The notes: generated by a model from the sequence alone, not told the origin. Shown: positions 17,836 through 34,003, counted from the stretch's first letter. The stretch: DNA of 64,000 nucleotides from the human T2T-CHM13v2.0 reference genome, Homo sapiens (GCF_009914755.1 NC_060927.1); one strand, 5' to 3'. Translations and numbers: made by a program.

Positions 17836-18564
17836 AATCCTGCCATAGAATAGGTACAAGAGTGGCAGCTGTAGCCATTATAGGTGGACACCATGTGCAC
17901 ACATCTGCCAGATGCCTCATTCACTTGGGTTATTCCCTTTAGTTTGCAAGGAATGCCAGGACCAGCCAGGGTGGGGTCCCATGGGCCTGTGCTTGAATCC
18001 AGTGCTTGAACCTGGGCATAGGGTGTAGGGATAGGTCTTACCAGACACAAACAATTCTAAGTTAGGTTTTCTGCAACACTCTCATTCTGAAATATCTCTT
18101 TATTGGCCATTTGTCTTAACTGATAAATATATAGGACCAGTTTGTTATTTTGTCTGATTTTGTAGCTATAGCAGTATCGATCTTATTTTCCTAATTGTCA
18201 CCTTCTTTTAAGAATCCTTGCTGCGGTAGGGGGCGGAAATCCTTGCTAAGCTTCTATAGCTGGGGGATTCTCCAATTAGGTCTAGGATTTTGTGGTCTCA
18301 TATCAGTTTTTTGCTTCTGAGGTCTTTCATGGTACAGAGATGGGGAGAGTATTTGTGGGGGGTTGTGCCACATGAGCGAAGTCAGGGAGATGAGAAAATG
18401 CATGGATATATTCAGGAAATAATGAGTAGCCAGTTGGGTAAACATATCTATCCATCTAAGGTAGGGTGGAACACCTTGAGAATGGTCATGGGAATTTATT
18501 AGAAACCATCAACAAGTTGGTCTGGGGATCGAGAAGCTGAGTGAATGTGGCCTGTGGATTTCAG

Positions 18565-18707
18565 AGCAGTTGGCAGCAGTGCCAGAGTTCCGCGGTCTTG
18601 GGCCCCTCTTCAAGTCCTCGCCTGAGCCCGTGGCCCTCACCGAGTCAGAGACGGAGTATGTCATCCGCTGCACCAAACACACCTTCACCAACCACATGGT
18701 TTTTCAG
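18565..18707 (+). CDS. COPG1: COPG1 exon (143 nt), start of appendage domain
   Basis: ttcag|AG...CAG|gtgagc; [47 protein letters not shown]. Confidence 0.96.
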
Positions 18708-19041
18708 GTGAGCAAGGTGGGCTGAGGCCCTGCTGGGGCATGCGCCCAGGGAGTTGTCCCAGGTCTGGCAGGTCCTGTAGGGTCATGGGTCCCCACACTG
18801 CATTGGTTGGGAGCCCAACTTGATGACAGAATCTGTCCCCAACAGGTCGGTCTCTCATATCTCTTGACTCGGGACATCCATGGCTCCCGATTGTCAGCAT
18901 GAAGACAGGGAACCTGGGGCAGGGGGACTGGGATGGGAATCACCTTGGTCAATAGGAAAGAGGTGGGACCTCCTGGCTTTTCCTCTGCAGCATGGCTCGG
19001 ACCTAGTGCAATGTTTAAGCTCCCCTCTCTTTCCTGTTCAG

Positions 19042-19213
19042 TTTGACTGCACAAACACACTCAATGACCAGACCTTGGAGAATGTCACAGTGCAGATGGA
19101 GCCCACTGAGGCCTATGAGGTGCTCTGTTACGTGCCTGCCCGGAGCCTGCCCTACAACCAGCCCGGGACCTGCTACACACTGGTGGCACTGCCCAAAGAA
19201 GACCCCACAGCTG
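19042..19213 (+). CDS. COPG1: COPG1 exon (172 nt)
   Basis: ttcag|TTT...G|gtgagc; [57 protein letters not shown]. Confidence 0.96.
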
Positions 19214-19604
19214 GTGAGCCCCTCTCCAGATACCACCCTATCCTCCTGGGAGCTCATGGGGTCAGGAGGAGGTGGGCGGCTGGGCACCAGCTGTTTGCCT
19301 TCTATTAGAGCTTCAGCTCCTTGATTTCAGTCCCAAGAAGAAGAATAGCTGAGTCCCAAGTGCTCTTCTTTAAAAATTTTTTTTTTTAAAGAGACAGGAT
19401 CTCACTAGAACTCATGACTTTCCTGTCCTACAAGGTGGCACCCTCTGTCCAGCTTTGTGGGATTGGATGGCTTGTTGCTGCTACTAATAACATAGCAGGG
19501 GCCTAGAAAGCAGGCTGTGACCCCTGCCTGCTTGTCCCCTGCAGGAGGAGCCCATCCCCTGCAGGCTGGGGACATCCTAACTACCCAGCCTCTCTTCCCC
19601 ACAG

Positions 19605-19702
19605 TGGCCTGCACATTCAGCTGCATGATGAAGTTCACTGTCAAGGACTGTGATCCCACCACTGGGGAGACTGATGACGAAGGCTATGAGGATGAGTATG
19701 TG
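19605..19702 (+). CDS. COPG1: COPG1 exon (98 nt)
   Basis: cacag|TG...GTG|gtaaga; [32 protein letters not shown]. Confidence 0.96.
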
Positions 19703-19812
19703 GTAAGATCCTGGTGTCAGGAAGCTCAGTTTTGTGCTGAGGCTGCAAAGCAACTCCCTTCAGGAACTGACAGTGAGACTGGAGCTGTTTTTGGCTTTTT
19801 AGCTCTTTAAAA

Positions 19813-20134
<322 letters not shown>

Positions 20135-21635
20135 TAAACTTATGGAAATACATGTTCATGTGTAAAAAGAAAACTTGGGAAATACAAAAACAAAATTCAA
20201 AACAAAGTATGAACAACAGGAAAACATTACTCATAATCCTTAGAGTTATTTTTGGGGGGAAGTGGTATAATTGAAATCATTCTTACAGTGTAGACCTTGC
20301 TATTTTAAAACCATAGTGTATTTTCCAGTATCATTACAAATACTTCATAAACACAATTTTTTTAGTGGATTTAAAATACTGTTATATACTATGTCAAAAC
20401 TTGATTGACTTTTCACTCCTTTAATGTTGGGCATTTGGGTTTCCATATTTTCACTATTTATATTGCTGCATTAAATATCCCTTTAGATACAAATTTTTAT
20501 CTGCATTTTAGATTATTTCTTTAGGATAGATTCCTAGAAGGAGAATAGTTGGGTCAAAGGGTAAGCATGATTTTAAGACATTTTGATTCCTCTTGTCAAA
20601 TGCTTTCTGGATAAATTTGACCTGTTTGCTGTGCTGGGCAGTCCTTTCATGCACTGGAATAGCCCTTCTAAATTCTCCTATCTTAGCTCGGTGGAACTAA
20701 GTACAGGATCCTTCTGAGGTCTGACTTTGGGGCAGTGGCTCAGGGCCATCTGAGTGCAGACCATTATGCTCAGCCTGTGGATGGGGACTGTTAGAACTCC
20801 TCCTGACTAGAGGGACAGTCACAGTGGAATACAACTGACATTCGCCATTGTGTCATCCTAGAGTCACAGTTGAGGATGGATGGACCTTCCTTGAGCTGGA
20901 AATGACCCCGAGGCAGGAGCTGCTCTAAGACCAAGTGAGCTCCTTGAGAGAGCTGGGTCTGTTTGAGCCCATCCAGAGATGAAGAAAAAAAAAAAAGAGA
21001 GAGAGAGCTGGGTCTAAGTTGTATTTATATACACTGTAAACATCCACAGGAGTAGGGCCTCAGTGAAAATCTGATGGGAGAATGAATGGGGAACCTTCAT
21101 GTAGACTCAGTGGGAGTATTATGTGTCAAGTTCAGGGAAGACACAGCTGAAATGGAGATAGAGATTCAGGATCTGTCAAATCCAGAGGACACAGCTGGGG
21201 TAGGAGGTTTCTGCTAGTTTCTGCTGAACTAGAAACAGCTGCTGGTCCTGAAGAGCTCATCATCCCCTAGGAGGGACAGGCATAGGAAGCAGACCTCTGA
21301 GAATGCTATGTAATTCCCTGCATGCCAGGTCCTGGAAGCACTGACACTAGGCAGGCTTAGAAGAGATGTGATCTCACAGCAGGCGGCTCTAGGCTGAATT
21401 AGTAGATTGGTACTTGGGATTAGGGCGTTTTCTGTTGAAGGGATACCATTTGCCTTTGGGCACCTCAAGGATAGGTACCTGGTCAAGTTGCTCTATGTCC
21501 CCAGAGTCTAGCACAGTCCTCAGTGCCGAGCAAGCACCTGTGGAAAGAGTTGCAGGAAGGGATGTGTGGATGAGTTCAGAGCAGAGGCCCGTAGGTGTGT
21601 AGATGGGTGCCTGATTTCTACCTCCATCTCTCCAG

Positions 21636-21774
21636 CTGGAAGATCTGGAAGTTACTGTAGCTGATCACATTCAAAAGGTCATGAAACTGAACTTCGAAGC
21701 AGCCTGGGATGAGGTAGGGGATGAATTTGAGAAGGAGGAAACGTTCACCTTGTCTACCATCAAGACACTTGAAG
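21636..21774 (+). CDS. COPG1: COPG1 exon (139 nt)
   Basis: tccag|CTG...G|gtaaaa; [46 protein letters not shown]. Confidence 0.96.
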
Positions 21775-21991
21775 GTAAAATCCTGGGAATGCCATCTCTG
21801 GCCTAATTACTGTTCAAGATCTTTGGCTACTATTGAAGTGCTCATCCCTTTTCTCTCCAAGGATCCAGGGCCATGTCTGGAGCACATATGTCAAATGCCA
21901 CTTCATTAAAAGCCCTTCAGAACATGGGGGAGTGGTGGTGGCACAAAGGGCAGATAAGATGGCTTAACAATATTGGGATTTCTCATTACAG

Positions 21992-22090
21992 AGGCTGTGG
22001 GTAATATTGTGAAGTTCTTGGGAATGCACCCTTGTGAGAGGTCAGACAAAGTGCCGGATAACAAGAACACCCACACGTTGCTCCTGGCTG
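21992..22090 (+). CDS. COPG1: COPG1 exon (99 nt)
   Basis: tacag|AG...G|gtaagt; [32 protein letters not shown]. Confidence 0.96.
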
Positions 22091-22299
22091 GTAAGTGGCA
22101 TTTCTAGATGGGGAGGGCCTGGATAGCTTACAGCCTGGATGCCACTGGATCCTGGGCTAAGGACTCCACTGTAAATATGGGGAGTCAAAATTCACAGCAT
22201 TTAAAATTCACAAAGTATAAAATAATCTGCAGCGAAATGTTTCCTCCCTACCTTGGCTGCCAGCCATTCAGATTCCCTTCCGAGAAGCGACCAGTGTTA

Positions 22300-22769
22300 C
22301 TATTACAAACAATACTTGTATAACCTTGCGGTTATTTTATGGCTATAAAAGCTAATAGGAACGCATTTCCTTTTTTTAACTCAAATGTTTATGTACAAAT
22401 GGTATATATATTGTCCTCCGATTTGCTTTTCACTTTACATTGCATCTTAGAGATCTTCCCCGTCAATATGTAGAGCTTCCTCATTCTTTTTCTTTTAATT
22501 GTGGTAAAATATACATAAAATTCACCATTTCGACCATTTTCAAGTGTATGGTTCAGCGGCATTAAGTACATTCACACTATTGTAAAACTATGACCACCAT
22601 CCATCTCCAGAACTTTTTTCATCCCAAACTGAATCCTCATTTTTTTTATAGTTGCTTAGTATTCCATTGTGTGGATGCACCACATATTCTATGGAACAGC
22701 CACTACTGATGAACATTTAGTTTGATTTCAATCTCTTGCTATTACAGATGTTACAGTAAATAATCGTGT

Positions 22770-22800
<31 letters not shown>

Positions 22801-23110
22801 ACTTTGCATGTGTACACTGAGAATATCTGTAGGATAAATTTTCCAAGGCATCACCAGTTCAAAGTGATTTGTGTTTCTCATCTTGATAAATAACTCCAAG
22901 TTGCCTTCCATAGAATTGTATACCTTTCTTCCTACACTGTGGACAACATAATATGTTACCACACTTTATGATCTTTTCCAGTCTGTGTGGACAATGATAT
23001 CTTAGTGTAGTTTTTGTATTTTCAATGAAGTTAAGTATCTTCTTAAATGTTGAGGCATTTGTATTTCCTTTTCTGATCATTGTCTTCATATCCTTTGTCT
23101 TATTTTCTAC
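22300..23110 (-). mobile_element. Old L1 (L1M) fragments
   Basis: gtggtaaaatatacataaaattcaccattt...; tattccattgtgtggatgcaccaca. Confidence 0.7.
22771..22796. repeat. (CA)13 microsatellite
   Basis: Read directly. Confidence 0.95.
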
Positions 23111-23606
23111 AGGGTTGGCTGAGTGTACCCACACTCATTCTCCTTCCCAGATTATTTACTAGCAAACTCCAGAAATAGCATTTTATATGTAAATCCTGTA
23201 TCTGTATGTTTCTCTAAGAGAGAATGACCCCTTCCCTTTTTTAAAGGACAATACAATTATCATACCTAAAACAGTTAACAAAAGGAAATGGGATGATTTT
23301 TTTTGGCTGAGTGTTTATAAACAGGGTTGAAAGGAGGCTCTGCTTCAGTACCCTGCCTACAGCTGACAGTTTGTAGCCACATTGAAACAACCTAGTCCCC
23401 TGGGTCTTGCAGACACCTGCCCTGTGGTTTTCTCGTGGTGGGGCTGTCCCCTTCATTTGTGCTCTCAGATTCAGTCAACGTGCAAGAGCCTCTGTGACAT
23501 GAGATATAAGCCTTTTATGTCCATCAGTTCATTTGAACTTAGCAGAAGCCTGAAATATGGTATTATCATCCCTGCCACTTTGTAGTTGAGGATACTGAAG
23601 TCCTGA

Positions 23607-23918
<312 letters not shown>

Positions 23919-24091
23919 TGAGAGACAGTGACTTTCACAGTGAAATCCCTCACTCAGGGATTTCAGCCCAGCTCTCCTGCCCGTTTCACTACACCAGAGC
24001 TGCCTTCATGGGTTGCTGCAAATGCCATCCTTAGCCTGCCCTGTACAGTCCCTTCTGCTGTATATATCTGTACTTCTCTCTTCCCTTCTAG

Positions 24092-24222
24092 GTGTGTTCC
24101 GGGGTGGTCATGACATCCTGGTGCGCTCCCGGCTGCTGCTTTTGGACACAGTGACAATGCAGGTGACAGCCAGAAGTTTGGAGGAGCTGCCAGTAGACAT
24201 CATCTTGGCATCTGTGGGATAA
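24092..24222 (+). CDS. COPG1: COPG1 last coding exon to TAA stop
   Basis: tctag|GT...; [42 protein letters not shown]; frame continuous over all 19 exons. Confidence 0.97.
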
Positions 24223-24489
24223 GAGGCCAGCCTGCATAGGACCTCATACCCTTCCCCAACACTACCTGGAAGTTGTGCCTTCCTCATGAAACTGGCAGAA
24301 ACCCCTTCCCAAGCTTCTGTATTGAAAAACAATTAGGAATCATTGCAGATTTTTTTTTATTCTGCTCCCACCTCCCACCCGGGACTACTTGCTGGTGACT
24401 TTTTTTTTTTTTTTTTTTTAAATAGGGGATGATTTTAGCTTGTCCTAAATCTTGCTGTCCACCCTTCCAGGAAAGGGACATTGTAAATG

Positions 24490-24553
24490 AATAAAACATT
24501 CTCAACTCCTCTTGAATCTATCCCCCAAGAAACCATCTTATCCCTGTAATAAA
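24490..24553 (+). terminator. COPG1: COPG1 polyadenylation signals (two AATAAA)
   Basis: AATAAA at 24490-24495 and 24548-24553, about 270 and 330 nt after the stop. Confidence 0.85.
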
Positions 24554-25329
24554 TCAGCATGTATTTATTGAATGATTGCTACTTCTGCAGACTCATGCTT
24601 CAGGGCTCCACCTTCCCCTTCAAGGCCTCCCCTAAAGAGGCAGAACACCTGCCCTGTCCCCCTTGCACCCACAGCCCTTTGGCTGTTGTAGTCCTGTGAG
24701 GCAGGACCCTCTCCCCGTCATCGCTGTCCCAGCACCAAGCCCAGGGGTGGGAGCGGTAGAGGGTGGTTGAGTGAATCAGCTAACAGGCAGAGTTCACACT
24801 CCCTCCCGTTCGTGCTTCTTCACAACGCATCCTCCTTTGATAGTCGATAAATGGAGGCTCCAAAGGGCTTGGGTCCTGTGTCTGATCGTTCCAGCATCTG
24901 GTCTTACATGGAGTGTGCCCTGGGGTTTCTGCTCCCTGTTCAGTTCAGCGAATCAGCATAGGCGAACAGCCCTCTAGAGCATTCTCTGTTGGTTGCAGAT
25001 GAAGAATCTCCGGTTTAGGTCCCAAGGGGAGCAGGCTTTTAAACTCAAGCCAGGCTATTTTACCAACTTTGAGGCCAAAGTACACCCGAAAGGGCTGTTT
25101 TAAAAATCTGGGCCTCACCCTTAGAGATTCAGCTGAGGGGCTGGGGCAGGAAAGGCTTATTCTAGTGCCCACCAATGTTTGAGGGCGAAGTGCGCGATTC
25201 CTGGAAGTTCTTCTGACTTTCATTTCTTCAGTGTTCCTCCATTTTTGCCTCGCACTGTGAGGCAGCTGGCAGGACTGTGAAGTAAGGAGTGGAGTTTCCT
25301 GGTTTCCCGCCTTCCATGACCCTGTGCCC

Positions 25330-26200
25330 TAGACTCAGCGCGGCGGGAACCTTCCCTGCCAGCCCTGAAACACGCTGGGGGCGGGGAGGAAGGTTAACCC
25401 CGCCAGGGAACGGCCAATATGGAGGAAAGTGGAGTCCCGAGAAGCTTGGGATCGATATGTCTCCCAAGGCAGTCACTGTCTCCTGGGGAAACGGGAGAAA
25501 ATTCATCCCAAACCGGAGGGGAGAAGACGCCGCCTCCGGGGCCCGAGGGCACCGCGGGAACCAAGGGCCCTTGGGGGCGGGGCCTGGCGCCGGGAGCGCG
25601 GGCTGAGGCGGGGCTGACGTGAGGGGCGGTGACGCGGGTGGCCAAAGCGGAGCGGAGCGGGGGTGAGGAGAGTCGAGGGAGGTGACGCGCGCTGCCGGGG
25701 CGAGGTGAGGGGAGGGGAGGCGACGCGGGCGGTCGGGGTATGGCGAGGGGAGGGGAGGGGAAAGGAAGCGACGCGAGCTGACAGAGGGGAGCAGAGGCCC
25801 GAGCGGACGCGAGGCGACGCGGAGAGGGCGGCCTGGGCCGAAGTGAGGCGACGCGGGGCGGCGGAGTCTGAGGGCCGGAGCGGAGCGGAGGCGACGCGGG
25901 GAGGGGCGAGGGATCGCGGCCGGTGGCTGGGGGCCACCTGCTCCCCGAGCACCGGCCCCCGCTCCGGGGAGCAGAGTCCGGAGCGGGATCCGCGGCCCAC
26001 AGGTTCGCAGGTCGGGCCCGGGGACGCTGCGGACTAGCGGGCGGGAGGCGGGGATTCTGCACCCCGGCCCCGGGCCGTCCAGTGGCCGCCCTCGAGGTGA
26101 CCGGTTGCTGGCCGGCGTGGGTCGCTGACCCCAGCGGGGACTGGGGGGAAGGACGGGGAGTTGGGGGCACCAAGTCACCCGGAGGAGGCGACCCCAGCTA
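25330..26200. promoter_or_regulatory. HMCES: CpG island / HMCES promoter
   Basis: Very GC- and CpG-rich; GC box GGGGCGGGGC at 25574-25583; CRE-like TGACGTGA at 25615-25622; no TATA seen. Confidence 0.9.
25622..25704 (+). other. HMCES: Probable HMCES non-coding first exon (5' end approximate)
   Basis: Donor GAG|gtgagg at 25704/25705 just downstream of the promoter motifs; next acceptor tttaaag| at 26508. Confidence 0.6.
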
Positions 26201-26531
26201 GCTGCGCTTGCCCTGCTTCGCTGGACTGTGAAGCCCCCTCCGCTGCGGCTCTTCCTGCGCTCAGGCAGGCATTTGCAGAGCTCCTCTCGGGACTTGCCTC
26301 AGTGCCCTGCACGGAGCTGGGCAGTGGGCTCAGGGAGCGAAGCAAACGGGCACATCCTTGTCTTTGTGGGACTTTTTGGGGAAGACTTTAGACGGTGGTC
26401 ACGGAGGGGCACGGCCCTGTGGGAACGGAAAGAGAAGGCGGGGACTCAAGGAATAAGACCTAATATTTGAGATACGTAAGCCTTTTCCTTACGTTTTGTA
26501 ATTTAAAGGTTGCGAGGGGCGGTGTTGAAGA

Positions 26532-26714
26532 ATGTGTGGGCGAACATCCTGTCACTTACCTAGAGATGTTCTCACGAGAGCTTGCGCCTACCAGGATCGG
26601 CGGGGCCAGCAGCGGCTCCCGGAGTGGAGGGACCCTGATAAGTACTGCCCCTCTTACAACAAGAGTCCTCAATCCAACAGCCCAGTGCTTCTGTCTCGAC
26701 TGCACTTTGAGAAG
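26532..26714 (+). CDS. HMCES: HMCES first coding exon (exon starts at 26509)
   Basis: MCGR N-terminus is diagnostic of the SRAP family (catalytic Cys2); ends AAG|gtaacc; 61 codons. Confidence 0.97.
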
Positions 26715-27062
26715 GTAACCAGCATTGCACTATGCTAGCCCCTCGCCCAGCCTCGTGATGGTCATCTCCTATTTGGTTTGGTGTGTGCTCAGCCTCTTGG
26801 GATGACATTAAAAACCAGCCTTTACTGATATATTCTGACTTCCAGTTGAGAACCTCTCTTGGCCTCATGAAAGAAGTTTTATCAGTGGCTTCTAACACTG
26901 ATAAAGACGTATTTTTCAGGCTCAATTTAAATGCCTTTGCTATACATGGCATACTAGCCTTAATATATGCCAAATTTATATGAGCTTTGTGTTTTAAAAT
27001 AGCAGCTTTCACTGATCATCAGGGTCATTGGAGTATCTTAAAAATATAATAAAAAAATTTAA

Positions 27063-29110
<2,048 letters not shown>

Positions 29111-29777
29111 AGCCTTAGTCATTTATATGACCTCCTTAGAATTATAGAAAGTTAGCTGGAAGAAAAATTTGTCTAACAGATGTAAAGATAGAAGTATACA
29201 TAGATTATGACTTGTCCTAGGTTACCTAATCAGTGAGGGACAGAACTAGAACTGAGATCCAGACCACCGTCCCCACTCCAGTGGATGCATCCTGGAACCA
29301 GGAATGGGGAAGGTGGAGCCACTAGCAAATACAGCCCTCATTTGGGCCAGTGGTATGAATTTGCTGATATAGTATTTGATTTCACATCTCTAACAAGTTT
29401 TATTAAGATTGCTATGGTTTCTTAATTTTGATAATATTTGATATCTCATTTTTCTCAGACCTATAAATTATAAAGCAAAATTAGAACCATTTTAGCAGTT
29501 CATTCAAATCATTAACAGCCTGCATATGTATATAGATAGCAACATTTTCATTTGAAACCACAGATTTGCAAATTACTTCCTGTTTCATTTATCCACCCCA
29601 GTGCTACCAGGTGTTCTGTTCAGAAGTCCAAAAGGGTAGAGGAAAGATGACTAATATTGAGCAATGGTCTTAGTATTTTGGCTTTTCAACTACTTTCTAT
29701 TCGTCATTCTCACATTTGGATTTGGTTTACAGTTGTCAAGGGTACACTCTCAGCGCTGATCAGTGGAATTTGTGAGA

Positions 29778-30014
29778 GCAGAATTCTCAACCTTGACACT
29801 GTTGACAGTTTTGGCCAGGATAATTTTTTGTCATAGGGAGCTATTCTGGGCGTTGTAGAGCGTTTAGCAACATCCTCTACCAGCTAGATGTCAGTAGCAT
29901 CCTCCACAATAGCATCCCCCAGATCAGAGCAACCAAAGGTATCTCCAGATACTGCCAGAAGTCTCTGGATGGTGGGGAGGGGTGTGTCAGAATTGTCCCG
30001 TACTGAGAACCACA
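29778..30014. mobile_element. MER20-like hAT element
   Basis: ttctcaaccttgacactgttgaca...tgagaaccac termini and characteristic body. Confidence 0.8.
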
Positions 30015-30132
30015 GATTTTTTCAGTATTGTTGTCTTGCAAATTTCTGATGAAAGATCATTTAGTTGACCATTGCATAATGTTGTCTCATTCTCATTTAT
30101 GCACTGAGCTGGGGGTCCTTCTGCTTGGAAGA

Positions 30133-30710
<578 letters not shown>

Positions 30711-30794
30711 CAGAAGGCAAATTTGATTCTGGAAGAGAAAGAGGATTTATGAAATCTCTGTTTTCAACTGTTCTTTCTCACAAACACACACAAA

Positions 30795-31391
30795 CAGTCC
30801 TCATTATTCTTAGATTCCATATTTCCAAATTCACCTACTCACTAAAATTTATTTGTAACCCCTAAATTCATACTCACTTTGCTTTTGCAATCATTGGTGC
30901 ACATACAGAGAGCTGACAAATTTGAGTACCTTGATGTTTCCAGCTGAGGTTGATCGAGGCAGAGCTCTGCCTTCTTGTTTCATCTCTTACGTTATAAACA
31001 AGTATCTTTTTTGCAGCCAGTTTAGTGCCATGTGTGATTTCACTGTTTAAAATGATCCCAAGCATAGCACTAAAGTGCTGGCTGGTATTCCCAAGCTAAA
31101 GAAGGCTGTGATATGTCTTAAAAAGAAGATATATACATTGGATAAGCTTTAGTCAGGCATGAGTTATAGTGCTCTTGGTCTTGAATTTAGTGTAAATGAA
31201 TTAAGAGTAAGTTTAAATTAGATGTCTTTAAACAGAAACACACATAAAACAAGGTCATATATTGATCAGTTGATGAAAGTGTCGTCACCAGATGCTGTTA
31301 GAAACATAACCTTGCATTTCCCTAAGAGCAGCAGTTCAGTACTCAAAGCAACTTTATGAAATCTAACTACTGCAAATAAAGGGAATCAACT
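30795..31391. mobile_element. MER82-like Tigger-family element
   Basis: tcctcattattc...acctactcactaaaatttatttgtaacccc at the start; inverted end gcaaataaagggaatcaactg. Confidence 0.75.
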
Positions 31392-31421
31392 GTTTGTGTG
31401 TATATATATGAAAAGAGAATT

Positions 31422-31896
<475 letters not shown>

Positions 31897-32254
31897 TTAG
31901 TAGGTACTTCTACTTGGAACTCTGCTTTTACCCTAATTTCTTCTTTTAACAAAATTTTTTGTACCCTCAGGTTAAATCCTGTACATGATATACTCTCTAA
32001 GAAACTTTACCTTCATGGCATTAATAGTCATCTTTTTATAGACAATTTTATGATTTGTTTTTAATCCTTACCTTAGAAAAATACTATACTACAATTTGAG
32101 TGCCTACTCCATGCCACACATTTTAACTATATTATCTTTCATTCTTGAAAATTATCCCACAGGGTAATTATTGTTTGTTCTAATTTTTGGATAAGGAAAG
32201 TTGAAGGCCCAAGAAGTTGAGACTAGTCCAACCTCATAAGTAGCAGAGAAAGGA

Positions 32255-32828
<574 letters not shown>

Positions 32829-32886
32829 CAGAGAAAGGATTTTTGAACCAGGATCTCCTTACAAAGACCTTGATCTTTCCTCTATA

Positions 32887-33225
32887 CCAGGGATTGGCAA
32901 ACTACGGTCCTCAGACCAAATCTGGCCTACTGCCTGTTTGTATAAAGTCTTATTAGACCACAGCTGCTATGGTTTGAATGTTTGTGTCCTTGAAAAATGC
33001 ATATGTTGAAATCCTAACCCCCAAGATGATGGTATTAGGAGATAGGACCTTTGGGAATCAAAGCCCTCATGACTGGGATTAGTGTCCTTATAAAAGACAC
33101 CCCAGAGATACCATGTGACAACATAGTGAGAAGGCACCATCTGTGAACCAGAAAGTGGGCCCTCACCAGACACCAAATCTGCTGGCACCTTAATCCCAGC
33201 TTTCAGAACTATGAGATAAATCATA
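32887..33225. mobile_element. MER58-like fragment followed by MaLR LTR fragment (MST/MLT1A-like)
   Basis: cagggattggcaaactacgg...; tgctatggtttgaatgtttgtgtcc...gttgaaatcctaacccc. Confidence 0.7.
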
Positions 33226-33739
33226 TAGTATCACTCATGCCACATTCTGTTGGTTACAAGCCCGTCCAGATTCAAGGGGAACGAACATAGATTCCCAATT
33301 CTCAATGGGAGGAGTGTCAGATTTTGCAACCATTTTTTGAAAACTGCCACAGACTTCTCACTAGTATCAGAAATTCAACATATGATCTTCATAAAACATT
33401 TCATCAGCATTTTTTCTTCTCTGTTCAGTAGTACCATCATTATTTCACTCTTCTGGGCTTGAAAACTTAATCATCCTTGCTTTTTTTCATCCAAATCCAT
33501 TTGTACTACAATTTCTTTTTATTTTTTTTTAAATCTTTTGGATGTCACTGTTTTTCTCACTGCCATCACCAGACCCCTGAACCATTGTAGTAACACCCCA
33601 AAATGCACTCTCTGCTCACTGGTCTCTCCCAACCCAGAGTGTACTGTGCCATGCAGAATAATGTGTATGTGCTGCTTAATCTGTAGATTTCATCAAATTA
33701 TCAAGGGGCCCATTACTTAAAAAAAGTTTGACAACCATG

Positions 33740-34003
33740 CGTTGGGAGTCCCCAAGACTGCCCCCATATTTAGAGATTCATTAGAAGGGCTAAGCATATA
33801 AGGCATAGTGTGTCTAAGGTTTATTAGTAAAAGGACGCAGAATAGAATCAGCAAAGGAAAAAGACACTAGTAGAAATCTGGAAAAAGTCATGCACAGGTT
33901 TCCTTATGTTTTCCTTCCTGTGGGAGGATACTGCAAGCATGTTACTTTCTCCAGCAACGAAAAATGTAGTAATGTATATGTACAGTGTTTTTGTTTTTTT
34001 TTG

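Noticed and set aside
25228-26178. 316-aa and 259-aa - strand ORFs over the HMCES promoter
   Set aside because: Low-complexity Pro/Arg/Ala sequence expected from stop-poor CpG-island DNA; no recognisable domain
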